From Corynebacterium glutamicum ATCC 13032 (GTDB taxonomy: Bacteria; Actinomycetota; Actinomycetes; Mycobacteriales; Mycobacteriaceae), in contig NC_003450.3 in NCBI RefSeq assembly GCF_000011325.1, forward strand, positions 1,770,001 to 1,802,000: a DNA stretch of 32,000 nt, read 5' to 3'. Position 1 is the stretch's first letter. Each line of letters starts with the position of its first letter. Shown in pieces: positions 1 through 8,098 of this stretch. Both the position numbers and the translations under genes were made by a program. The notes under the pieces were generated by a model. That model was not told where the DNA came from. It worked only from the letters and a program-made list of their open reading frames with translations, and did no database searches.

Positions 1-316
1 ATTCTGCCAAGCTCAAATCCTCTAGATTCTTTTCCTTACGGAATGGGATCACCATCATGTGTCCAGCGTTGTAGGGATACAAGTTGAGTACGCAATACAC
101 CAGCTCACCCCGCGCAACGATCAGGCCGTCCTCATCACTCATTTTGGGAACCTCAATGAAGGGGTCCCGCTTGGCGGTAGTTGATTGCTTACCGCCAGAT
201 CGAGTGTTGATGTAGCTCATCCGGTAGGGCGCCCACAGACGTTCCAGTCTGTCGGGCTCCCCTAGACCTTGATCAACATATACATCCTGACCAACGTGGC
301 TGTCAGATGAGTCCAT
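1..316 (-). CDS. HIT-family protein (N-terminal part; gene runs off the left edge)
   Basis: Absent from the ORF track because no stop lies in the window. A minus-strand ATG at 316 sits 8 nt after the thrS stop (324-326) and stays open to position 1. My translation MDSSDSHVGQDVYVDQGLGEPDRLERLWAPYRMSYI...RGELVYCVLNLYPYNAGHMMVIPFRKE resembles the HIT-family (Ap4A-phosphorylase-like) proteins that follow thrS in actinobacteria. Confidence 0.7.
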   Translation of the reverse strand, partial: MDSSDSHVGQDVYVDQGLGEPDRLERLWAPYRMSYINTRSGGKQSTTAKRDPFIEVPKMSDEDGLIVARGELVYCVLNLYPYNAGHMMVIPFRKEKNLEDLSLAE

Positions 317-323
317 CTCAGGG

Positions 324-2384
324 CTACCTGCGAGCTGCAATGGAGTCCTCGCTCGGCTGATCATTGATGCGGTCACCAATCCAGGAAGAAATCACAGCGA
401 TTGCCTCATCGACGGGCACGCCGTTGACCTGGGTGCCGTCCAAGAAACGGAAGCTCACTGCGTTTGCTTCCACATCGCGGGCACCGGCAAGCAGCATGAA
501 TGGAACCTTGCCGGTGGTGTGGTTGCGGATCTTCTTCTGCATGCGATCATCGGAGGTGTCCACGTCTGCGCGGATACCCTTTTCACGCAGCTGTGCGGTG
601 ATTGTCTCCAGGTGTGGAATGCAATCATCAGCAACTGGAATACCCATGACCTGGTGAGGTGCCAGCCATGCTGGGAAAGCACCAGCGTAGTGCTCCAACA
701 ACACGCCAAAGAAGCGCTCGATGGAACCAAACAGTGCGCGGTGGATCATGATGGGCTGCTGCTTGGAACCATCAGATGAGGTGTATTCCAAGTTGAAGCG
801 CTCAGGCATGTTGAAGTCCAGCTGCACGGTGGACATCTGCCAGGTACGGCCAATCGCGTCGCGTGCCTGAACAGAAATCTTAGGGCCGTAGAATGCGGCA
901 CCTTCTGGGTCTGGAACAAGTTCCAGGCCAGAATTGGTGGCCACACGGTTCAAGATTTCAGTGGAACGCTCCCAGATCTCATCAGAACCGACTGACTTCT
1001 TAGGATCGCGGGTGGAGAGCTCCAGGTAGAAATCATCCAAACCGTAATCGCGCAGCAGCGACAGGATGAAGTCCAGCACAGAGGTGAGCTCTGCTTCCAG
1101 CTGATCCTCGGTGCAGTAGATGTGAGCATCGTCCTGGGTGAAGCCACGGGCACGGGTCAGGCCGTGGATCACACCGGACTTTTCGTAGCGGTAGACGTTG
1201 CCGAACTCAAAAAGACGCAGTGGAAGCTCACGGTAAGAACGTCCACGAGAATCGAAGATGAGGTTGTGCATTGGGCAGTTCATGGGCTTGAGGTAGTACT
1301 CTTGGCCCGGCTTGGTCACATTGCCGTCTTCGTCGAACTCCGCATCCACCTGCATTGGAGGGAACATGCCATCCTTGTAGAAACCAAGGTGACCGGAACG
1401 CTCAAAGAGATCCTGCTTGGTGATGTGCGGGGTGTTCACAAAGGAGTAGCCCGCTGCGATGTGGCGGCGACGGGAGTGATCTTCCATCTCATTGCGCACG
1501 ATGCCACCGTTGGGATGGAATACTGGCAGACCAGAGCCCAGATCATCTGGGAAGGAGAACAAATCAAGTTCAGTGCCTAGACGGCGGTGATCGCGCTTTT
1601 CTGCCTCAGCGAGCATGGTCTGGTAAGCATCGAGGGATTCCTTATCCTCCCACGCGGTACCGTAGATGCGCTGCAGGCCAGCATTATCCTGATCGCCACG
1701 CCAATAAGCAGCGGATGATCGGGTCAATGCGAATGCTGGAATGTAGCGGGTGGTTGGGATGTGTGGTCCACGGCAAAGATCAGACCACTCCACCTCACTG
1801 GTGCGAGGGTTGACGTTGTCATACGCGGTCAGTTCGCCTGCGCCCACTTCGGTGGCTTCATCAGAGTTGGGATCAACGTTGCCCTTGTCCTGGATAAGTT
1901 CCAGCTTGTAAGGCTCGTTCTTCAACTCTTCCGCTGCAGCTTCAGCGGATTCATAGACGCGGCGCTCAAACTTCTGGCCGGTCTTGATGATCTTCTTCAT
2001 CCGCTTTTCAATGGTCTTGAGATCTTCCGGAGTGAAAGGCTCAGCCGCATCGAAGTCGTAGTAGAAACCATTTTCAATGGCTGGGCCGATGCCCAACTTG
2101 GTTCCTGGGAATTCTGCCTGGACAGCCTGTGCCAGCACGTGAGCGCACGAGTGGCGGATTACTGCGCGGCCGTCATCAGTATTTGCAGGTACAGCGGTGA
2201 ACGTAGCAGTGGTTTCTGGGACGTGTGAAAGATCCTTTAGTTGGCCTTCAGCGTCTTTTGCACAAACGATAGCCTCTGGACCCTTGTTGGGCAGATCTAG
2301 TTCGCGCATTGCTGCACCAATTGCGGTGCCTGCAGGGACCTCAAAAACAACAAGGTTTGCTACTGCGGTATCTGTGGTGTTCAC
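324..2384 (-). CDS. thrS: threonine--tRNA ligase
   Basis: 700-aa ORF (324..2426) with ThrRS hallmarks: [14 protein letters not shown] editing-domain His motif, class II core [11 protein letters not shown] and FYGPKI, and a C-terminal anticodon-binding domain. Start placed at GTG 2384 (AAGGAG complement at 2396-2401); the ORF-track start at 2426 is the alternative. Confidence 0.95.
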   Translation of the reverse strand: MNTTDTAVANLVVFEVPAGTAIGAAMRELDLPNKGPEAIVCAKDAEGQLKDLSHVPETTATFTAVPANTDDGRAVIRHSCAHVLAQAVQAEFPGTKLGIGPAIENGFYYDFDAAEPFTPEDLKTIEKRMKKIIKTGQKFERRVYESAEAAAEELKNEPYKLELIQDKGNVDPNSDEATEVGAGELTAYDNVNPRTSEVEWSDLCRGPHIPTTRYIPAFALTRSSAAYWRGDQDNAGLQRIYGTAWEDKESLDAYQTMLAEAEKRDHRRLGTELDLFSFPDDLGSGLPVFHPNGGIVRNEMEDHSRRRHIAAGYSFVNTPHITKQDLFERSGHLGFYKDGMFPPMQVDAEFDEDGNVTKPGQEYYLKPMNCPMHNLIFDSRGRSYRELPLRLFEFGNVYRYEKSGVIHGLTRARGFTQDDAHIYCTEDQLEAELTSVLDFILSLLRDYGLDDFYLELSTRDPKKSVGSDEIWERSTEILNRVATNSGLELVPDPEGAAFYGPKISVQARDAIGRTWQMSTVQLDFNMPERFNLEYTSSDGSKQQPIMIHRALFGSIERFFGVLLEHYAGAFPAWLAPHQVMGIPVADDCIPHLETITAQLREKGIRADVDTSDDRMQKKIRNHTTGKVPFMLLAGARDVEANAVSFRFLDGTQVNGVPVDEAIAVISSWIGDRINDQPSEDSIAARR

Positions 2385-2600
2385 GAAAATTGCGCTCCTT
2401 CGTGCGCTCACGTGGGCAAACGGCATACCTGGCCGCCCCCACTAGTTCAAGGTGCGCAGCTGACCTGGCGCTCCCGATACGTCCAAAAGAGGGAAATATC
2501 GGGATTCACCGCAGATATATTAGGCAATACCTGATGTGGTGCGTGAGCTTCTTTGGCTTTGTCTACTTCAGTCGTCCTACTGATGACGCATTAGCAGTTA

Positions 2601-2628
2601 AAGAAACTCACAGCCGGTGGCCAACTGT
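2601..2628 (-). terminator. putative rho-independent terminator after the DyP operon
   Basis: The minus-strand RNA cagttggccaccggctg can fold (G-U pairs included) and is followed by tgagtttcttt. It lies about 30 nt after the 2655 stop. Confidence 0.35.
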
Positions 2629-2654
2629 CGTTCCACATCCTACCGCGTGGCGGG

Positions 2655-3863
2655 TTATAGAAGGAGTCCGGCACCCCAAAAATCATCCCGAGATGAATCA
2701 TTCGGGTCGGTGCCTGGCGGGATGAAGAATACAGCGGAGCCAATATGGGTAATCCACTGATTCAGGCGGTCTTGTTCATCCAGCCGTTGTTGAATGGGCG
2801 TGAACTGCAGATCGGGGTTTTTCTGGAAGCAGATAAACACCAAACCAGCATTGGACAGTTCCTCTGAAGTGGGATCTGGTGGCAGGTCATAGTTGAACAC
2901 TCGTCGAAGAATCACCTGCTCCGGATTGCTTTCCGGTGCACGCGATCTAGCCATGTGGCTTGCCGGATCGATAAGCGGCAGACCATAGGAATCGCGGGCG
3001 GAGTAATCAGCCTCAGAAAACTCATCGCCACCACTAAGTGGCGCGCCGGTATCCAAGGTGCGCCCCACAGAAACTTCACGGGACGGGCGATCCAGAATTT
3101 CCCATTCATCCAAATTCATAGCAATGCGACGCACAACCATGCAGCTGCCATCAATCGCCCAGTCCGGACCCTCAGAAATCCAGGCTGTTTGCTGGATTTC
3201 ATCATCGGTACGGGGATTCACAGTGCCATCTTTTTGGCCAAAGAGATTCCGCGGAGTCTCATCCGTCTCATTCACACCATGGGCATTCATGAAACCCTGC
3301 TGCACCCACCGCGTAGCCGCATAATCCACACCAGAGCGAATCATATGCCTAGTCGCATGACTCAACGTCACCGGATCATCACTACAAATCTGCAGCACAA
3401 GATCCGCCTCGCCCCATTCCGGACGCAACTGATCCCGCTCAAATTCAGGAATCGGCTTCAACCACTCGGGACGAAGATCAACCTGCTGGGTCACGTCGAA
3501 AAGCGAAGCACCGAAACCACATGTAATGGTGAGGTTTGCCGGCGACGTCACCATCTCCGGCTCCAGGCTGCCCAGCGGCGTCTCGCCAGCGCACAGCGCG
3601 CGGGCATCTTCGGTCCACACGCGCATCAACCGCGTCACGCCAGCGCGATCCACGCCCGCACGCAGCGTAAACGCAACCAGATTCAAATTCGCCTGATGCG
3701 GCGTCGCAATGCCGGCCTGATGGCGGCCATCAAACTCCACCACCTGGCCTTTTAAGCTTATCGACGCACCGTCCGGCTCATTTTCCCCCGCACTGCACCC
3801 CGCCAACGCGGACGCACCAGCAATCAAGCCGGCACCCCCTAGGAAACCCCTACGGGAAACCAT
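2655..3863 (-). CDS. Tat-exported DyP-type (EfeB-like) haem peroxidase, lipoprotein-type leader
   Basis: Twin-arginine/lipobox leader MVSRRGFLGGAGLIAGASALAGC; DyP signature FGQKDGTVNP; AAGGAG 4-5 nt before the ATG. Confidence 0.9.
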   Translation of the reverse strand: MVSRRGFLGGAGLIAGASALAGCSAGENEPDGASISLKGQVVEFDGRHQAGIATPHQANLNLVAFTLRAGVDRAGVTRLMRVWTEDARALCAGETPLGSLEPEMVTSPANLTITCGFGASLFDVTQQVDLRPEWLKPIPEFERDQLRPEWGEADLVLQICSDDPVTLSHATRHMIRSGVDYAATRWVQQGFMNAHGVNETDETPRNLFGQKDGTVNPRTDDEIQQTAWISEGPDWAIDGSCMVVRRIAMNLDEWEILDRPSREVSVGRTLDTGAPLSGGDEFSEADYSARDSYGLPLIDPASHMARSRAPESNPEQVILRRVFNYDLPPDPTSEELSNAGLVFICFQKNPDLQFTPIQQRLDEQDRLNQWITHIGSAVFFIPPGTDPNDSSRDDFWGAGLLL

Positions 3864-3889
3864 GTCGCTCCTTATATATAGTGGCCGGT

Positions 3890-4438
3890 TTAGTGGCCCT
3901 CGTGGCCTTCAGTTCCCAGATCGCCATAATCCTCATCACCAGCAGCAATGGTGCGCGCCGGGATCGGATCAAGCTTAACTTCAGAACCATCAGCCAATTC
4001 AAGAGTGACCGTCACTTCATCGCCAGCCTCGATTGGGTTCGCAAGCCCCATGATCATCAAATGATCGCCACCTGGTGCCAGCTCGATGCTCTCCCCTGCA
4101 GGGATCACAAAACCACCTGGCTTTTCCTGCATGACGCCATCAACAACCTCATGGACCTCAAAGCTGGCAGCATCAACATCAGCAGTAAAGCCAGAAACGT
4201 TGATCTCATCATCAGAATTGTTCACCAACGTAGCGAACACTGCCGTCATGTCGCTGTCCTCCACAGACGCACGAACAACAGCGTTTTCCGTGGTGATCAC
4301 AGCATCGCTTACCTGCGTGCTGCTGGAGGAAGTAGTCTCCACGCTCGTGGAGGTGGAATCACTTTGATTAGCAGGCGAACACGCCGCCATAACCAACGCA
4401 CTGCTCAGTACAGCACCTGCGACAAAAAACTTCTTCAT
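3890..4438 (-). CDS. PCu(A)C-type periplasmic copper chaperone lipoprotein (DUF461-like)
   Basis: Lipoprotein leader MKKFFVAGAVLSSALVMAAC and a His/Met copper motif GGDHLMIMGL. It sits 15 nt downstream of the CopC gene and 26 nt upstream of the DyP gene, consistent with an operon. Confidence 0.8.
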   Translation of the reverse strand: MKKFFVAGAVLSSALVMAACSPANQSDSTSTSVETTSSSSTQVSDAVITTENAVVRASVEDSDMTAVFATLVNNSDDEINVSGFTADVDAASFEVHEVVDGVMQEKPGGFVIPAGESIELAPGGDHLMIMGLANPIEAGDEVTVTLELADGSEVKLDPIPARTIAAGDEDYGDLGTEGHEGH

Positions 4439-4453
4439 GGTGAATAAACCCTC

Positions 4454-5068
4454 TTATTTCTGGTTACGATTCTTTGCAATCATCATGACGATGGCACTTG
4501 CAACAACAAGCACCGCCACGATGCTCAAAACCCAATTCCACGGCGCAGGAATTCCAGAAGTTTCATCAGCAGTTTCAGTTGTCTCTGCTTCGGTGGTCTC
4601 TGAGGTGTCAGTGGTTGCTGCTGACTCAGTTGTCGTCTCTGCTGTTGTCTCTGTTGTCGTTTCAGCAGAGCCTGTCACCTCAAAAGAGATTGAACCTTTA
4701 GTAGCGTGACCATCAGAAGAAGTGATCTGGAAACCCAAAATGTAGTTACCAGCTCCCGTCTGCACATCAGATGGCACTTCATAGCTCAAGTGCTGCCCCT
4801 CAAGCTGAGGAGTTCCAGAAGTTAACACCTCTCCGGAATCCGCATTGCTCAATGCAACTGTTGTGAACAGATCCTGAGGAATACCGGAAAACTCCAACTC
4901 AATGGTCTCCGGGAACTCATCAACGACACTGCCATTTTCAGGATTAGAATCCACCACCACATCATGGGCAGCAGCCTGCGGAGCCACGAGCATCGACATC
5001 GCGCCAACGCCCAACACCCCAGCAGCTGCCGCCAAGGTACGCAATTTTAGATTCTTCTCTGAAGCCAC
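4454..5068 (-). CDS. CopC-domain copper-binding protein with C-terminal membrane anchor
   Basis: Signal peptide LKLRTLAAAAGVLGVGAMSMLVAPQAAA, then a mature N-terminus HDVVVDSNPENGSVV typical of CopC/YcnJ N-domains. A Thr/Glu-rich linker and terminal TM helix follow. Start set at GTG 5068 (GAGAGG upstream); the maximal ORF start is 5191. Confidence 0.8.
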   Translation of the reverse strand: MASEKNLKLRTLAAAAGVLGVGAMSMLVAPQAAAHDVVVDSNPENGSVVDEFPETIELEFSGIPQDLFTTVALSNADSGEVLTSGTPQLEGQHLSYEVPSDVQTGAGNYILGFQITSSDGHATKGSISFEVTGSAETTTETTAETTTESAATTDTSETTEAETTETADETSGIPAPWNWVLSIVAVLVVASAIVMMIAKNRNQK

Positions 5069-5630
5069 ATTCAACCTCTCATAGATGGGCGAAACTTCCT
5101 TTTCGCCGTGGTCGGACGCATTAGTTTCATCTTTGCGCCCGGTTAGTTGTCGAAATCTTCCCCCACTTAGTTCCCCAGAGGGAAATATCAAGCGGAGGTT
5201 ACCAGTAGGTAAATAGAGTCTATCCAGCTTGGAGCCACTTTTCGAAGTCGTGTGATCTAGACTACGTTCCCATTCTGGGGGTGTCTTGCGCAGGTTTCGG
5301 GGTAGAACTCAAGGGCGGGAAGGCATTACCACATGCACCCATACACGAATAGAAAAAATGTGCGAATATTCACCACAAAAAGCGGATTTCCTGCTGGCTG
5401 TGGTGGATATTTCCGCTTTATCTGCCTGCGTGCGCAACTTTAGGACCGATTTCTAGAGTCCAGCCTGGTTTGTGGTGGATCCTTGCCCTGGAAGCTTTCA
5501 GGATTCACAACTGCCCCACCGGCCCCAAAAGTGAGGGCCCCTAAAATCGCGCCCAGCCGCCTGAATGACCTCAATCCATATATCGACCCATCTTGAGCAC
5601 TTCGACCCCTTAAAACACTTTTTGGGAAGC

Positions 5631-5669
5631 ACGCAAAAACACCTATGAGCGTTAACCCATAGGTGTTTT
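5631..5669 (-). terminator. terminator of the tRNA operon
   Basis: Hairpin aaaacacctatg / cataggtgtttt (5636-5669), with a U-run on the minus strand supplied by a5635-5639. It lies directly after the last tRNA-Gly. Confidence 0.55.
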
Positions 5670-5675
5670 AAATTG

Positions 5676-5748
5676 AGCGGATGACGAGACTCGAACTCGC
5701 GACCCTCACCTTGGCAAGGTGATGCGCTACCAACTGCGCTACATCCGC
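5676..5748 (-). tRNA. tRNA-Gly (GCC)
   Basis: 73-nt cloverleaf read on the minus strand: acceptor GCGGATG/CATCCGC, anticodon loop TTGCCAA, T-loop TTCGAGT. No encoded CCA. Confidence 0.92.
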
Positions 5749-5781
5749 ATGAACATTGATTAAAGAGGTTGTTCGTCCTCT

Positions 5782-5856
5782 TGGTGCGCGATACTGGGAT
5801 TGAACCAGTGACCTCTTCCGTGTCAGGGAAGCGCTCTCCCGCTGAGCTAAACGCGC
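5782..5856 (-). tRNA. tRNA-Val (GAC)
   Basis: Acceptor GCGCGTT/ATCGCGC (with one G-T pair), anticodon loop CTGACAC, T-loop TTCAATC. CCA is encoded (tgg at 5782-5784). Confidence 0.92.
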
Positions 5857-5866
5857 CAGAACTGCG

Positions 5867-5937
5867 AGGTGGAAACGGGAATCGAACCCGTGTGCACGGT
5901 TTTGCAGACCGTTGCCTCACCACTCGGCCATTCCACC
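5867..5937 (-). tRNA. tRNA-Cys (GCA)
   Basis: 71 nt: acceptor GGTGGAA/TTCCACC, anticodon stem-loop ACGGT-CTGCAAA-ACCGT, T-loop TTCGATT. Confidence 0.9.
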
Positions 5938-5978
5938 ATGGCATAAATTTGCCTTTAGGTACGTGGTAAACATACCAG

Positions 5979-6051
5979 AGCGGATGACGAGACTCGAACT
6001 CGCGACCCTCACCTTGGCAAGGTGATGCGCTACCAACTGCGCTACATCCGC
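5979..6051 (-). tRNA. tRNA-Gly (GCC), copy 2
   Basis: Identical in sequence to 5676-5748. Confidence 0.92.
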
Positions 6052-6084
6052 ATGAACATTGATTAAAGAGGTTGTTCGTCCTCT

Positions 6085-6159
6085 TGGTGCGCGATACTGG
6101 GATTGAACCAGTGACCTCTTCCGTGTCAGGGAAGCGCTCTCCCGCTGAGCTAAACGCGC
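6085..6159 (-). tRNA. tRNA-Val (GAC), copy 2
   Basis: Identical in sequence to 5782-5856, including the encoded CCA. Confidence 0.92.
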
Positions 6160-6192
6160 GGGACATTTCATCGATTGGCCCGGTGAAATGAG

Positions 6193-6265
6193 AGCGGATG
6201 ACGAGACTCGAACTCGCGACCCTCACCTTGGCAAGGTGATGCGCTACCAACTGCGCTACATCCGC
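6193..6265 (-). tRNA. tRNA-Gly (GCC), copy 3
   Basis: Identical in sequence to 5676-5748. Confidence 0.92.
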
Positions 6266-6612
6266 ATGCACTACTTAGAACTTGTTCCTGCTTGTTCCGT
6301 TCTGTGCGGTGCTGGAATAACTTTAGACCGAACGCTCCCTCGAACACAAATCCCCAAGTCAATGCCACAAAAGCACAGGTAAAACCCCTAGTGAAAACCC
6401 ACTTTCCAAATCACACGGATGTTATTTCGCAGGACAGCAAAGAAAACCTCGAATATTTGACCAATGCTCATCGCTCCAGATTCAGAAACGTGGTGACATC
6501 CGATTTCCATCTATTAGGTACAAGAATTTCTCTTCCATATAGAAGCTGGGTGAAAAATTGAACCGATTATGAATATTCAAAACTTCCGTGTTAACTTCTA
6601 AGCACACCGCAA

Positions 6613-6684
6613 GGTCCTATGGCTCAGTGGAAGAGCGTTCCGTTCACACCGGAAAGGTCGCTGGTTCGAACCCAGCTAGGACCA
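6613..6684 (+). tRNA. tRNA-Val (CAC); probable integration target at the prophage edge
   Basis: 72 nt: acceptor GGTCCTA/TAGGACC, anticodon stem-loop TTCCG-TTCACAC-CGGAA, T-loop TTCGAAC. The character of the sequence changes immediately downstream. Confidence 0.92.
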
Positions 6685-6692
6685 CTTGTTTA

Positions 6693-6716
6693 GCCCCTGC
6701 TTGCAGGGGTTTTATT
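6693..6716 (+). terminator. terminator after tRNA-Val(CAC)
   Basis: gcccctgc-tt-gcaggggt followed by tttatt. Confidence 0.5.
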
Positions 6717-6960
6717 CATTTTTAGGGTTAAAAAACACGCGTTTGTGGGGTGAACGTGGGGTGAAAGAATTCATTACGAGTGCTTTTAAGCACCTCTCCG
6801 TCACTCCCGCTAGTTTTATTCACGATCCGCGTCCAGCTGCAACAAACCGCACTACAAGGCCACCTTCGACACGTCGCCGCTGTGCATAGTTTTCTGCAAG
6901 ATGTCTCTCCGGGTCCTTTTCTGTCACGCATAATATGCAGAGGTTTTTTCCCACCCCACA

Positions 6961-6974
6961 AACCCAGCTAGGAC
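6961..6974 (+). repeat. 14-bp direct repeat of the tRNA-Val 3' end (att-like)
   Basis: aacccagctaggac at 6961-6974 equals tRNA positions 6669-6682. Confidence 0.8.
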
Positions 6975-7268
6975 ACAGCACCCCTGAAATTGTGCACCCG
7001 CAAAGGGGCAATGCTGTGGGCTAAAACAATATGTGCAGACAGATGGATCTGTGATTGAACGTATCCATCTAACCCCGCCTCGCAACTCCCCCAGCTCACC
7101 TTTTTGACCCTCACCCCCAAGGCAAACCCTGAGTCGAAAACAGTTCACGCAGACCCAATGTGCACCCCAAAAACAGCGCTCTCACACCTTTCACTTATTG
7201 AATAAGTTTGTATAAAGTTATTCCTTAATGAACTAACAATAGTTCTGGGAAACTTTATAAAAGGCTTT

Positions 7269-7298
7269 TTGACATTCTTTATTAACGGTTTCTACAGT
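7269..7298 (+). promoter_or_regulatory. putative sigma-A-type promoter of the HTH gene
   Basis: TTGACA (7269-7274), an 18-nt spacer, then TACAGT (7293-7298). It lies in an AT-rich stretch 34 nt upstream of ATG 7332. Confidence 0.35.
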
Positions 7299-7331
7299 TC
7301 ATATTCGAATAACGAGAAAGGTAGTGTCACC

Positions 7332-7649
7332 ATGCCCCATCCCCCTATGAATCGCACTCATTCAGCTGCTCGGGGTCGAACCACAATCACAGCACAAACA
7401 ACTGCATTACATAATCACGTTTCCAGAACGACTATTAAACCTGTTGTTAATATTGAATTACAGGACGCGGATCTTCGCGCCTACTCACGTGCTGAAGTTC
7501 AGGAGCGACTCGGCGGCATTTGTTCACGCTCGGTTGATCGACTCATCAACTCAGGCCAACTCAAAGCTGTGCCTGGTACCCGAGGTAAAGGGAAGCGGCC
7601 ACTCATTACCGCCCGATCCCTTGCGCAATACATCTACTCTGGGGGCTAG
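7332..7649 (+). CDS. excisionase/MerR-like helix-turn-helix DNA-binding protein
   Basis: C-terminal half YSRAEVQERLGGICSRSVDRLINSGQLKAVPG...PLITARSLAQYI fits the Xis-family HTH pattern. Start chosen at ATG 7332 (GAGAAAGG upstream) rather than the ORF-track 7269. A strong terminator follows. Confidence 0.65.
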   Translation: MPHPPMNRTHSAARGRTTITAQTTALHNHVSRTTIKPVVNIELQDADLRAYSRAEVQERLGGICSRSVDRLINSGQLKAVPGTRGKGKRPLITARSLAQYIYSGG

Positions 7650-7672
7650 AGCGCGCCAAAGAAAACACAGAG

Positions 7673-7714
7673 CAACCACCATTGCAGCAGTGCTGCAATG
7701 GTGGTTGTTTTTTT
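7673..7714 (+). terminator. rho-independent terminator
   Basis: Perfect 17-bp arms caaccaccattgcagca / tgctgcaatggtggttg, followed by a T7 run. Confidence 0.75.
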
Positions 7715-8045
7715 GGCACAGTCTCAGGCTGTGTTCGATGAGTGCAACATCAGCAGCAATCCCATTCGAGCAGTCAATGACCACGGGGACGAGCCCCGAG
7801 GTTTTCTCGCACATTATTCATAAAAAAAATTGCCAACCTGTGCTTAGATCAACCGCGAAAGAAAAGGAACACGGTAAAGCAACAGACTGGCAATCTTCCA
7901 CACAGGTATTCGACGAGGGGTTTGGGGAACCAAGGGAACGAACATCTGCGAGATACTTAAGCTTGGGACGACACTCCCTCACTAGAGAACCTGTTACTAG
8001 TGTAACAAAGTTAAAACCAATACTCAATAAGATTCTCTAGTTTAA

Positions 8046-8096
8046 AATACCTAGTTCTTAGATGAAGTTTGAAACTTCATCTAAGAACTAGGTATT
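8046..8096. terminator. 24-bp perfect palindrome abutting the alpC stop (terminator or binding site)
   Basis: aatacctagttcttagatgaagtt-tga-aacttcatctaagaactaggtatt. It ends 2 nt from the alpC stop codon (8099-8101). There is no clean U-run on either strand. Confidence 0.5.
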
Positions 8097-8098
8097 AA

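Larger units (their letters stand above)
5676..6159 (-). repeat. 181-bp Gly-spacer-Val unit duplicated at a 303-bp offset
   Basis: 5676-5856 equals 5979-6159 base for base, including the 33-nt spacer atgaacattgattaaagaggttgttcgtcctct. tRNA-Cys lies between the copies. Confidence 0.9.

Noticed and set aside
364-2445. Several 80-155-aa plus-strand ORFs inside thrS
   Set aside because: These are shadow ORFs opposite a highly conserved housekeeping gene.
2427-2654. T-box or other riboswitch leader upstream of thrS
   Set aside because: I looked for a T-box-like conserved 14-mer and a specifier/antiterminator arrangement on the minus strand and could not find one. The hairpin at 2601-2628 is better explained as the terminator of the upstream DyP operon. 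A covariance-model scan would settle it.
5340-5440. Imperfect inverted repeats (aatattcaccaca / tgtggtggatatt; aaagcgga / tccgcttt) upstream of the copper operon, considered as a metal-responsive operator
   Set aside because: The repeats are imperfect and overlapping, they match no operator consensus I can recall, and they lie 270-370 bp from the likely start. The evidence is insufficient.
5498-6271. 257-aa minus-strand ORF, with overlapping 84-aa and 66-aa ORFs
   Set aside because: It runs straight through six tRNA genes. Its internal duplication (..FSSAGERFPDTEEVTGSIPVSRTKRTNNLFNQ.. twice) is simply the translated Gly-Val tRNA duplication.
6686-7148. Five overlapping 63-77-aa ORFs on both strands just after tRNA-Val
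   Set aside because: They are mutually overlapping, lack RBSs, and sit in the att-like repeat region. They are more plausibly non-coding.
7444-8040. 198-aa plus-strand ORF
   Set aside because: It overlaps the HTH gene out of frame and reads through the perfect 17-bp terminator at 7673-7714. It has no RBS and I recognise no motif.
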